Source of the DNA: an uncultured Candidatus Rokubacteria bacterium
GTDB taxonomy: Bacteria; Methylomirabilota; Methylomirabilia; Rokubacteriales; DASRDR01
Direction: 5' to 3'
NCBI GenBank assembly: GCA_963826115.1
Contig: CAWGVS010000005.1
Span: forward strand, 1,216,001 to 1,280,000
Length of the DNA: 64,000 bases
Part shown: positions 1-8,963 of the stretch, piece by piece
How positions within the stretch are numbered: the first letter of the stretch is position 1
Layout of the letters: the number at the start of each line of letters is the position of its first letter
The notes under the pieces: generated by a model
Databases searched by the model: none
Told to the model about the DNA's origin: nothing
What the model saw: only the letters and a program-made list of their open reading frames with translations
Position numbers and translations under genes: made by a program

Positions 1-1
1 G

Positions 2-31
2 TTGTCCCCGCCCCGAGCCCTCGGCTATAGT
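2..31 (+). promoter_or_regulatory. putative sigma70-type promoter TTGTCC-18-TATAGT
   Basis: -35/-10-like hexamers; -10 ends 10 nt before ATG at 42; no SD. Confidence 0.45.
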
Positions 32-41
32 GGCCCCGATC

Positions 42-1302
42 ATGGCGCGAGGGCGCGTCTTCTACGGGTGGTGGGTCACGATCGCCTTCGCCGTCATGGT
101 GTTCCTCTCGACCGGCGTGCGGTTCGCCGTCGGGCCCTTCCTGAAGCCGATGGTCACCGACCTCGGGACCGACCGCGCCAGCTACTCCCTGGTCGTCGCG
201 CTGAGCCTCCTCCTGTACGGCGTGTTCATGCCCTTCGTGGGCAGGCTGGTCGAGCGCTGGGGCGCGCGCCCCGTCGCGGTCACCGGCACCCTCGTTGTTC
301 GCGATGTCCCTCGCCGCGACCGGCTTGGTGACGCACCTCTGGCAGCTGGCGGTCGTGTACGGCGTCCTCGTCGCGCTGGGGCTCTCGGCGACGGGCCACG
401 TCGTGGGCTCGGCCGTCGTCTCGCGGTGGTTCATCCGCCGGCGCGCCACCGCGCTCTCCCTGCTCGGCGCGTCCTCGATGGCCGGGATGAGCCTGCTCGT
501 TCCGGTGGCGATGTGGCTCATCCTCACGGTCGGCTGGCGCGCGACCTACGGCATCATCGGGCTCGGGTCGGCCCTTCTCCTCCTGCCGCTCGCGCTCTGG
601 GTCGTGCGGGAGTCGCCCGAATCGATGGGACTCACGCCGGACGGCGCCGCCGCCGGGTCCAGCTCGCACGACCCCTCGGCGCCCGAGCGGACGGCCGTCA
701 GCACCGCCGCGCGCACCCTGCCCTTCTGGCAGCTCTGCGGGGGCATGTACACCTGCGGTTTCTCGATGACGCTCCTGTCGGCGCACGGCGTGCCGATGCT
801 CACCGACCACGGCTATCACCCGATGCTGGCGTCGAGCGCGGTCGGCGTCCTCGGCGCCTCCAGCTTCGCGGGGGCGATGGCGCTCGGCGTGATCGCCGAC
901 CGCTACGGCCGGCGCCCGGTCCTCGCCTGGCTCTACGGGACGCGCGCCCTCCTCTTCGTCGGGATGTTCCTCGTCCACGACAGCCCCGGAGCGCTCCTGG
1001 TCATCGCGGCTCTCGGGGGCGCCAGCATGTCCGGCAGCCTCGCCATGACCTCCGCGCTGACTGCGGACATCTTCGGGCGATTCTCCGTGGGCTCGGTATT
1101 CGGCAGCATCTTCGTCGTCCACCAGGTCGGCGCGGCGCTCGGGTCGTGGCTCGGCGGGCTCCTGTTCGAGCTGACCGGAGGCTACGGCGCCGCCTTCGCC
1201 ATCGCCTGCGCGCAGCTCCTGGTGGCCGCGGTGGTGAGCCTCACCATCGACGAGGCGGCGCGCTGCGCTCCGAGGCTCCGGCCGCTGCCCGCGGAGCGAT
1301 AG
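42..1302 (+). CDS. MFS transporter (OFA/YbfB-like), split by a +1 frameshift at ~295
   Basis: MARGRVFYGWW.. with MFS motif GRLVERWGAR; removing one T at 295/296 joins it to ORF 295..1302 (GVIADRYGRR, many TM helices). Confidence 0.85.
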
Positions 1303-1317
1303 AGAGGCGGCGGCGCC

Positions 1318-1611
1318 ATGGGGCTCGAGGTGATCGTCCCCCGGGTGTCCTCGGTGGGGCTGGCGACGCTCCTCGACCGGCTGACCGCCGCCGGCCTACC
1401 GAGCGCCGTCGCCATGGTCGACAACGTGCTCCAGGGGCCGGGCGCGTCGCCGCCCGGGACCTGGCGGGACGCTCGGCTCCGGACGCCCGCCGGGGTGGTG
1501 ACGCTCCGCCGGGTCCCGAGCGGCGTGGCCGTCGTGATCTTCGGCAATGCGGACGACGCCCTCCGCGCCGCGCAGCGCACGATCGCCGAGACGCTCCTCA
1601 CCCTCCATTGA
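1318..1611 (+). CDS. hypothetical protein (97 aa)
   Basis: AGAGG SD, GC3-rich codons, globular-looking sequence between two co-directional genes. Confidence 0.7.
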   Translation: MGLEVIVPRVSSVGLATLLDRLTAAGLPSAVAMVDNVLQGPGASPPGTWRDARLRTPAGVVTLRRVPSGVAVVIFGNADDALRAAQRTIAETLLTLH

Positions 1612-1648
1612 GCCCGCACGCGGCCCGCGGCGGCGCCGCCCGGCGGCC

Positions 1649-2833
1649 ATGAAGATCACCGACGTCGAGGTCTACGTCGTCGATCCCACCCAGGGCGCGT
1701 CGACCTACAACGACGAGCCCCAGAACGTCTGGACCTTCGTCCGCGTCGTCACCGACGCCGGCGTCCACGGCTGGGGCGAGTCGACCAATTTCCCCGCCAA
1801 CGGGAGCCTGATCATCGCCGACGCGATCCGCCACCTCCGGCCGTGGATCGTGGGCCAGGACCCGGACAACATCACCGCGATGTGGCACCGTCTCTTTCGC
1901 AAGGCCGCGTACCTCGGGCCGCGCGGTCTCCCCACCGCGGTGGTCAGTGGCATCGACATCGCCCTCTGGGACATCAAGGGCAAGGTCACCGGGCGGCCGA
2001 TCTACGACCTCCTGGGCGGCAAGGTTCGCGACGACGTGCCGCTCTACGCGAACGGCTGGTTCGCCGCGCTGGACGGCCACCCCGCCTGCGAGACGCCGGA
2101 GGACTACGCGGCCGCCGCCCGGCGCGTCGTGGCCCGCGGCCACACCGCCATCAAGCTCGACCCGTTCCACGAAATGATCCCCTACCACACGGCCTACCTC
2201 GGCGGCCAGATCTCCGCGGCCGGCGAGGCCTTCGGCGTGGCGTGCGTCGCCGCGACGCGCGCGGCCGTGGGCCCGGAAGTCGAGATCCTGATCGACGCCC
2301 ACGGCCACTACAACGTGCCCACGGCGGTGCGGATCGCCCGGCAGCTCGAGCCGTACCGCATCGGGTGGTTCGAGGAGCCCACCCCACCCGAGAGCCTGGA
2401 CGCGCTGCGAGCGGTGCGCGAGCAGGTCTCGGTGCCGATCTGCGTCGGCGAGCGCCTCTACACGCGCTGGGACTTCCAGCCCGTGCTGGCGGAGCGGCTC
2501 GCGGACTACCTCATGCCGGACGTCGTCTGGACCGGAGGCATCAGCGAGGTGATGCGGATCGCCGCGCTGGCCGAGACCTACCAGGTGCCGGTGACGCCAC
2601 ACAACGCGATGGGGCCCCTCCAGGTCGTCGCCGGCAGCCACGCCATGCTCGCGGTGCCGAACTTCTACCGGCTCGAGCACAACGTGGCCAACGTGCCCTG
2701 GTACGATCGCTGCCTCGACCGGCGACTGGACCTCCGCGGCGACCGCCTCCACCTCTCGGCCCGGCCCGGACTCGGCGTCGAGCTCGATCCCGACTTCCTG
2801 CGGGGCCATCGCGCCCGCGGCTTCACGGGCTAG
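1649..2833 (+). CDS. mandelate racemase/muconate lactonizing enzyme family (acid-sugar dehydratase, DgoD-like)
   Basis: MKITDVEV start; SGIDIALWDIKGK, KxD, DAH, EEP, GER, PHN motifs of the enolase superfamily. Confidence 0.9.
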   Translation: MKITDVEVYVVDPTQGASTYNDEPQNVWTFVRVVTDAGVHGWGESTNFPANGSLIIADAIRHLRPWIVGQDPDNITAMWHRLFRKAAYLGPRGLPTAVVSGIDIALWDIKGKVTGRPIYDLLGGKVRDDVPLYANGWFAALDGHPACETPEDYAAAARRVVARGHTAIKLDPFHEMIPYHTAYLGGQISAAGEAFGVACVAATRAAVGPEVEILIDAHGHYNVPTAVRIARQLEPYRIGWFEEPTPPESLDALRAVREQVSVPICVGERLYTRWDFQPVLAERLADYLMPDVVWTGGISEVMRIAALAETYQVPVTPHNAMGPLQVVAGSHAMLAVPNFYRLEHNVANVPWYDRCLDRRLDLRGDRLHLSARPGLGVELDPDFLRGHRARGFTG

Positions 2834-2855
2834 CCTTCCGCCTCCGGCGCGCGAC

Positions 2856-3341
2856 GTGAGCTATCAGCCGAGCGACAAGATCGGCGCCCTGACCGACGCG
2901 GAGGCGAGCGCCTTCCTGGACCAGCCGTGGAACGCCCGCCTCTCCACCCTGGGCCCGGACGGCTGGCCCCACATTGCGCCGGTCTGGTACGAGTTCGAGC
3001 CGGAGAGCCGGACGTTCCTCGTGGTCGGACGCGAGCGCGCCGAGTGGGTCGAGCACGTCCGCGCGGATCCGCGCGTCGCCTTTCACGTGGCGGACGACGA
3101 GCACGCCGAGCACACGCGCGTCATGGTGCAGGGGCGCGCCACGATCGTCGAGGGACCGGTCGCGCCGTCGGCCAGCCCGCGCCTCGGCGCGCTCACGCGT
3201 CGCCTGTCGCTCCGCTACCTCGGCCCCGACGGGCCGATCTACGCCGAGCGGACGATCCACCGCCCGCGCGTCCTGGTGACGATCCGCCCGGAGAGCTGGC
3301 GCACCTGGACCGGGAAGGAATGGCACCCGCGCTATCGATAA
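2856..3341 (+). CDS. pyridoxamine 5'-phosphate oxidase-like split-barrel protein (PPOX class, possibly F420-dependent)
   Basis: ARLSTLGPDGWPHIAPVWY, DPRVAF, VMVQGRA, terminal W motif. Confidence 0.8.
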   Translation: MSYQPSDKIGALTDAEASAFLDQPWNARLSTLGPDGWPHIAPVWYEFEPESRTFLVVGRERAEWVEHVRADPRVAFHVADDEHAEHTRVMVQGRATIVEGPVAPSASPRLGALTRRLSLRYLGPDGPIYAERTIHRPRVLVTIRPESWRTWTGKEWHPRYR

Positions 3342-3411
3342 CGGTCTCGGCCGAGAGTCAAGCACACCCCGGCGACGCAGGACCGTGGCGCGCGGAAGGA
3401 GGAGGGCGACC

Positions 3412-4485
3412 ATGAGGCTCATCGAGGCACCGATCCGGCGAGCGTGGATCCTGGCCGTTCTGCTGTGGGCCATTCCCGGCCACGCGGCCGACTATCCGGC
3501 CCCGGCGGAGGGCACGTGGGTGGTGCGGGACTTCCGGTTTCACACCGGAGAAGTCCTGCCCGAGCTGCGCCTCCACTACACGACGGTAGGCGCTCCGACG
3601 GGCGAGCCGGTGCTGATCCTCCACGGCACGACCCAGTCGGGCGCGGCCATGCTCACGCCGGCCTTCGCGGGCGAGCTCTTCGGCCCCGGGCAGCCCCTCG
3701 ACGCCAGCCGCTACTTCGTCATCCTCCCGGACGCCATCGGCACCGGAAAGTCCTCCAAGCCGTCCGACGGCCTCCGCGCGAGCTTCCCCAAGTACAACTA
3801 CGACGACATGGTCGAGGCGCAGTACCGTCTCGTGAAGGAGCATCTCGGCATCTCGCACCTCCGGATGGTCCTGGGCAACTCGATGGGCGGCATGCACACC
3901 TGGATCTGGGCCCAGAAGTACCCCAACTTCGTGGACGTGGCGGTCCCGATGGCTTCCCTGCCCGCCGTGATGTCCGGCCGCAACTGGATGACGCGGCGCA
4001 TGATCATCGACACGATCCGCAACGATCCGGAGTGGATGAACGGGAATTACACACAGCAGCCCCGGAGCCTCCAGGCGGTGCTGGTCTTCTACGGGATCGC
4101 GACCAGCGGGGGCAACCTGGGGCTCTACCAGGCCGCCCCGACCCGTGAGAAGGCCGACCAGCTGCTGAACCAGCGCCTGACCGCGCCGTTCCGGGGCGAC
4201 GCCAACGACCAGCTGTATCAGTGGGACGCGTCGCGCGACTACGATCCCTCGCCGGGCCTGGACCGCATCCAGGCGACGCTGCTGGCGATCAACTCGGCGG
4301 ACGACGAGCGCAACCCGCCGGAGCTGGGCCTGCTCGACCGCGAGATCAAGCGCGTGAAGAACGGCCGCGTCCTGCTCATTCCCGCGAGCGACCAGACGGT
4401 CGGCCATGCGACCACGGCCCAGGCGCGGTTCTGGAAGCACGAGCTCGCCGAGCTCTTGAGGAGCGCGCCCCGCATGTCGAAGTAG
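3412..4485 (+). CDS. alpha/beta-fold hydrolase, homoserine acetyltransferase (MetX)-like, with signal peptide
   Basis: GGAGG SD; hydrophobic N-terminus ending GHAA; GNSMGG nucleophile elbow, SADD, GHAT. Confidence 0.85.
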   Translation: MRLIEAPIRRAWILAVLLWAIPGHAADYPAPAEGTWVVRDFRFHTGEVLPELRLHYTTVGAPTGEPVLILHGTTQSGAAMLTPAFAGELFGPGQPLDASRYFVILPDAIGTGKSSKPSDGLRASFPKYNYDDMVEAQYRLVKEHLGISHLRMVLGNSMGGMHTWIWAQKYPNFVDVAVPMASLPAVMSGRNWMTRRMIIDTIRNDPEWMNGNYTQQPRSLQAVLVFYGIATSGGNLGLYQAAPTREKADQLLNQRLTAPFRGDANDQLYQWDASRDYDPSPGLDRIQATLLAINSADDERNPPELGLLDREIKRVKNGRVLLIPASDQTVGHATTAQARFWKHELAELLRSAPRMSK

Positions 4486-4619
4486 CCGCCACAGCACGGG
4501 CCAGGGCGTCCAGCGCCCCGAGCCGTCGCCTCGGAGACGCTCGCCTTCACGACCGTTCCCTAGGCGAGCGCTCTAGCCAGCCTGCCCGGTCCGCGAGCGC
4601 GTCGGATCGGGAGGATCCC

Positions 4620-4736
4620 CTCGCCACCGCAGCCCGTCTCTACAAGAGCGCGGGATCTCGACGGACCGAGGGGCGGCCCCGGACGTCGCTCCGGGGGAGC
4701 AGGCTCGCCGAGGAGCGCGATGACCTCACGCGCTGA
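4620..4736 (+). pseudogene. possible degraded GNAT acetyltransferase C-terminal remnant
   Basis: LATAARLYKSAGSRRTEGRP...EERDDLTR* resembles GNAT C-terminal AxxLYxxxGF pattern; no start or N-terminal half. Confidence 0.35.
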
Positions 4737-4754
4737 GCCGGCGGCCGCGGCCCG

Positions 4755-5585
4755 TTACGCCGGCCAGGTCTGATCACCGCCGTCGACGCGCAGCACCTGC
4801 CCCGAGACGTGGCGGCCCGCGTCCGTCACGAAGTACTCCACGGCGCGGGCGATGTCCTCCGGCTGGCCATACCCCTCGAGCGTGCCGATCCGGTCCACTC
4901 CCTTCGAGCTCGCCTGGCCCGTCGCGACGAAGCGCGCCGTCATGGTGCCGCCCGGCGCCACGCAGTTCACGGTGACGTTGTACGGCCGGAGCTGCGCCGC
5001 CAGGCAGCGCGTGTACTCGTGGACGGCCGCCTTGGCGGTCGCGTACATGACGCCGTCGGCCCGCCCGTTCAGGCCCGCCACGCTCCCGAGCGTGACGATG
5101 CGCCCCGCCTTCCGCTCCATCATCTCGGGCGCCACCTCCCGGCAGACGTAGATGCACGAGAGGAGGTTCCGGTCGAGCACCGTGCGGACGTCCTCCAGCG
5201 AGACGAACACGCCATCGTTCTTCGGAGGCTTCCCGCCGCCTGGTCCGGACGCTCCCGCCGTCCCGATGTCGCCGCCCGCGTTGTTGACGAGGATGTCGAT
5301 CCGCCCGTACTCGGCCCGGATCCGCGCCACCGCCGCGTGCACCGCCTCGGGCCGCGTCAGATCGGCCGGCAGCGCCAGCACGCGGCGGCCCGTTCGGGCC
5401 GCAACGTCGCGCGCGACCTGATCGAGGGACTCCGCCTCGCCGAAGGCGCGCGCCGAGGTCTGGCTCGTACCGTGAACGACCAGGTCCGCGCCGAGCCGTC
5501 CCAGATGCTCGGCCATCACGCGACCGAGGCCTCGCGACGACCCGGTGACCCATGCGATCTGTCCCGCCAGCACTGCGTCCGCCAT
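4755..5585 (-). CDS. SDR family NAD(P)-dependent oxidoreductase
   Basis: TGSSRGLG, NNAG, YATAK, VNCVAPG, VDGG. Confidence 0.9.
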   Translation of the reverse strand: MADAVLAGQIAWVTGSSRGLGRVMAEHLGRLGADLVVHGTSQTSARAFGEAESLDQVARDVAARTGRRVLALPADLTRPEAVHAAVARIRAEYGRIDILVNNAGGDIGTAGASGPGGGKPPKNDGVFVSLEDVRTVLDRNLLSCIYVCREVAPEMMERKAGRIVTLGSVAGLNGRADGVMYATAKAAVHEYTRCLAAQLRPYNVTVNCVAPGGTMTARFVATGQASSKGVDRIGTLEGYGQPEDIARAVEYFVTDAGRHVSGQVLRVDGGDQTWPA

Positions 5586-5599
5586 CGAACGGGTCTCCT

Positions 5600-6700
5600 C
5601 TACGGCACGACCAGGCGGCCGTGCTCCACGACCAGGCGCCCGTTGGCACGCACCGTGGCGTCGGTCAGAAAGAACCACTGATGGTAGCTCGAGCGGTACG
5701 GGCCACCCGACTCCGCGTTGTCCCCCACGCTGACCCGGATCACACCCGCGCCGTAGCCGTAGTACGGAATGGCCGGCAACCCGGGAAGCACGGCCAGCTT
5801 GGGATTGACGCCGAGATTGAACTCGCCGAAGCGGTCGCGGTCGCCCCCGTGGCTCCGCCACACGCCTTCGAGCCAGGCCCCGTGGTGCTCACTGGTGATC
5901 CGCGAGATGCGGTTGTCCCCGAACTCGAGGCGCACGCTCCCGACCTGGCGCCCCGCGAAGGTCTCGGGCGGCGTCACCAGCACGCCCTCCGTGCCCTGGA
6001 CGTCGACGGTCCGGATGGCCCCGGCCGGCAGCTCGACCTCGCGGTCCCGGGCGCTCCCGGGCCGCGCGTAGCCGTCGACGAACGCCTTCGAGGCGTCGCC
6101 GTTGCCGAGGTGGAAGTGGGCGCCGCGCAGCGCGAAGCGGAGCCGAGTCCCGCGCGGGTCCGTCACCTCGACGTCGCTGTCCCGGAGGGTCTCGCAGAGC
6201 CGCCGCTGGTGGGCCGTCAGCGCGGCGTAGTCGACCCAGAGCGCCGCGTCGTAGAGCTCCGAGAGGCGCCGGAACAGGCCGGCGTCCATCGACACGTCCA
6301 TGATCCAGTGGAAGTGGACGGCCCGCCCCGGCCAGGTCTTGATGATCTCTTCCGTCTGCCAGACGTTGTACGCCCAGCTCGTCGGGAGCCAGATGTACGC
6401 GTCGGCCAGCCCGAAGAGCGCGGCGACCGCGCGGTCCTCCATCGCGCGGGACGCGGGGTCCTCGCGGCGACGGAGCTCCCGCCGGACCCGCTCGAGTCCC
6501 GGCGGGTGGAGCATGTGAACCGCCAGCTCGACCGCCCCCGAGCGGGCGATCTCGACCCGCACCGCCTCGGTGAGCGCCGGGAAGTACGTCGGGTCCGCGT
6601 GGATGAGGACCCGCTCGCCCGGGGCGAGCCGGAGCGCGTCGCGGACGATGAGCCCGGCGACGCGGGCCCAATCCGTCTGGTACTCGTAGGGAACGCCCAT
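5600..6700 (-). CDS. aminopeptidase M29 / NicX-like fold protein with divergent metal site
   Basis: LAPGERVLI, GTRLRF, LPAG, GEFNLGVN, VSVGDN and C-terminal G-rich strands typical of the M29 fold. Confidence 0.7.
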   Translation of the reverse strand: MGVPYEYQTDWARVAGLIVRDALRLAPGERVLIHADPTYFPALTEAVRVEIARSGAVELAVHMLHPPGLERVRRELRRREDPASRAMEDRAVAALFGLADAYIWLPTSWAYNVWQTEEIIKTWPGRAVHFHWIMDVSMDAGLFRRLSELYDAALWVDYAALTAHQRRLCETLRDSDVEVTDPRGTRLRFALRGAHFHLGNGDASKAFVDGYARPGSARDREVELPAGAIRTVDVQGTEGVLVTPPETFAGRQVGSVRLEFGDNRISRITSEHHGAWLEGVWRSHGGDRDRFGEFNLGVNPKLAVLPGLPAIPYYGYGAGVIRVSVGDNAESGGPYRSSYHQWFFLTDATVRANGRLVVEHGRLVVP

Positions 6701-6730
6701 CCGCGCGGTCCTAGCGCCGGCCCGACGCCA

Positions 6731-8176
6731 TCAGGTGATCGTGGGGCGCTCGAGCGGATAGCGCTCGTAGCGGCGGTCCCGCACGACCCGCGCGATCCGG
6801 GCCACGGCCTCGTGGAGGTCCCCGAACGACGTGTAGAGCGGCGCGATCCCCAGGCGGAGGTTGTCCGGGTAGCGGAAGTCTGGCAGCACCGCCATCTCGT
6901 CGATCAGCGCCCGGTCGATCCGGAGCGCCTCGGCGTGCCCGAGCGAGATGTGCGAGCCCCGCCGCTCCGGATCACGCGGGGAGTTGAGCGCGAATCCGAG
7001 CGGCTGGAGCTCCCGCTCCCAGAGCCGCACGAGGTACTCCGTCTGCGCGACCGACTTCGCGCGCACCCGGTCCATCCCCGCCTCGAGAAGCAGGTCCACG
7101 CCCGGCTCCACGGCGAGGAGCGACAGGACCGGCGGGGTGCCGGCCAGGTACCGCAGGATGCCGGGCGCCGGGCGGTAGTCCGGCGCCATGTCGAACTGGT
7201 CGCGCTGCCCGAACCAGCCCCACACCGGATTCGCCAGGACCTCCTGGAGGTCGCGCCGCACGTAGAGGAACGCCGGCGCCCCGGGGCCTCCGTTCACGTA
7301 CTTGTAGGTGCACCCGACGGCGAGGTCGGCTTCTCCCGCCTGGAGCGCCACCGGTACCGCGCCGACCGAGTGGGAAAGGTCCCACAGCGTGAAGGCACCC
7401 GCCCGGTGCGCGAGGGCCGTGACCACCGCCAGGTCGTGGACGAAGGCCGAGCGATAGGCCGTGTGCGAGAGCGTGACGAGCGCGGTGTCGCCGTCCATCG
7501 CGCGCGCGAGCGCCGCCTCGCTGACCGTCAGCCCGTCCTCGGACTTCACCACCACCAGCCGGTGACCCGCGCCCAGGAGGTCGATGGCCCCCTGCAGCAC
7601 GTAGAGGTCCGTCGGGAAGTTCATGTCGTCGGTCACCACGGTCCGTCGCCCCGGCCGGGCCCGAAGCGCGGCCACGACGAGCTTGAACAGGTTCACCGTC
7701 GTGGAATCGGCAACGACGACATCCTCCGGAGGGGCGCCGATGAGCGTCGCGAGCTTGGCGCCGATCCGCTGGCTGGCCGTGAACCAGCCCTCCCCCCAGC
7801 CGCGGATCAGGCGCCCGCCCCAGTCGCGCTCGATCGCCTTCTTGAGCCGAGGGGCAGCCTGACGCGGGAGGCGCCCGAGCGAGTTGCCGTCCAGATAGAT
7901 GAGGCGCGGGTCCGTCACCACGAACTCTCGGCGGAAGCGGGCGAGCGGGTCCGCCGCATCCAGCCGGCGCGCCTCCGCCAGCGAGGCGGCCTCGGCCGCT
8001 GTGGCCGCGCTCGTCCCCCGGCTCGGCGCCGAGCCCCCGGCCGCCGAACCGTGCCGGGCCGCCCGGCCGTGTCCCGGGCGCCCCGGGAGCCCCGCGGAGG
8101 GACGGCGGCCCGTCCCGTCCGGCGAGCCTCCCCGGCGGCGCCCGCGGCGCGGTCGGCGGCCCTCAGGTCGCGGCAT
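6731..8176 (-). CDS. kynU: kynureninase
   Basis: LDAADPL, YLDGNSLG, DSTTVNLFK, FPTDLY, WDLSHSVG, CTYKYVNGGPGAP (PLP Lys), RGSH. Confidence 0.92.
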   Translation of the reverse strand: MPRPEGRRPRRGRRRGGSPDGTGRRPSAGLPGRPGHGRAARHGSAAGGSAPSRGTSAATAAEAASLAEARRLDAADPLARFRREFVVTDPRLIYLDGNSLGRLPRQAAPRLKKAIERDWGGRLIRGWGEGWFTASQRIGAKLATLIGAPPEDVVVADSTTVNLFKLVVAALRARPGRRTVVTDDMNFPTDLYVLQGAIDLLGAGHRLVVVKSEDGLTVSEAALARAMDGDTALVTLSHTAYRSAFVHDLAVVTALAHRAGAFTLWDLSHSVGAVPVALQAGEADLAVGCTYKYVNGGPGAPAFLYVRRDLQEVLANPVWGWFGQRDQFDMAPDYRPAPGILRYLAGTPPVLSLLAVEPGVDLLLEAGMDRVRAKSVAQTEYLVRLWERELQPLGFALNSPRDPERRGSHISLGHAEALRIDRALIDEMAVLPDFRYPDNLRLGIAPLYTSFGDLHEAVARIARVVRDRRYERYPLERPTIT

Positions 8177-8963
8177 CGATGGCTCTGAGATCCTGGCGCG
8201 ACAGCGTGAAGTCCAGCGCGCCCGCGTTCTCTCTGACGTGCGCCGGGTCGCTCGCCTTCGGGATCGTGAACAGCGCCGGGCGGCGGGTGAGGAAGTTCAG
8301 CGCCACCTGGCGCGGCGTCCGCCCGTGGCGCTTCGCGATCTCCGCGACCGCGCCGCGCATGAACCCCCCGCGCGCCAGCGGCGTGTAGCCGACCACGGCC
8401 ACGCGCTTCCGCTCGCAGTGGGGCAGGACGTCCTTCTCGATCTGGCGGTCCCGCAGGTGATAGAGGACCTGGTTGGACGCCAGCGGCAGCGAGCCGAGGG
8501 CGGCCTGGGCCCGGCGCATCTGGGGCGCGTCGAAGTTGCTGACGCCGACCAGACGCGTGAGCCCCCGGGCGACCAGCTCCGCCATGGCCCGCATCGTCTC
8601 CTCGACGGGGTGACGGTCGGACCACCAGTGGAGGAGGTAGAGGTCGAGGCAGTCCGTGCCGAGGCGGCGGAGCGATGCCTCGCACGCGCGGACCGTCCCC
8701 GCGTAGGAGGCGTTGGACGGCAACACCTTGGTGACGATGAAGACTCGGTTCCGCTGGCCTGCGACGGCCTCGGCGACCACGCGCTCGGCGCCGCCGTCCG
8801 CGTACATCTCGGCGGTGTCGATGTGGGTCAGGCCGAGCTCGATCCCCAGCCGGAGCGCCGCGACCTCGTCGCGCCGGCGCGCCCGCTTCTCGCCCATCCC
8901 CCAGGTCCCCTGCCCGATCACGGGCACGGGCACGCCGGTCGGCCCGAACGGTCGCGTGATCAC
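8163..8963 (-). CDS. aldo/keto reductase
   Basis: GQGTW, IDTAEMY, TKV, LYLLHW, GVSNF, IPKA; GTG start overlaps upstream stop. Confidence 0.92.
   Translation of the reverse strand: MITRPFGPTGVPVPVIGQGTWGMGEKRARRRDEVAALRLGIELGLTHIDTAEMYADGGAERVVAEAVAGQRNRVFIVTKVLPSNASYAGTVRACEASLRRLGTDCLDLYLLHWWSDRHPVEETMRAMAELVARGLTRLVGVSNFDAPQMRRAQAALGSLPLASNQVLYHLRDRQIEKDVLPHCERKRVAVVGYTPLARGGFMRGAVAEIAKRHGRTPRQVALNFLTRRPALFTIPKASDPAHVRENAGALDFTLSRQDLRAIDAAT

Noticed and set aside
5552-8188. Long antisense or alternate-frame ORFs (this one, 22570..24858, 30597..32750, 47311..49422, 61683..63638 and others)
   Set aside because: Arg/Pro/Gly/Ala-rich or mirror-frame shadows of well-supported genes, expected at this GC content
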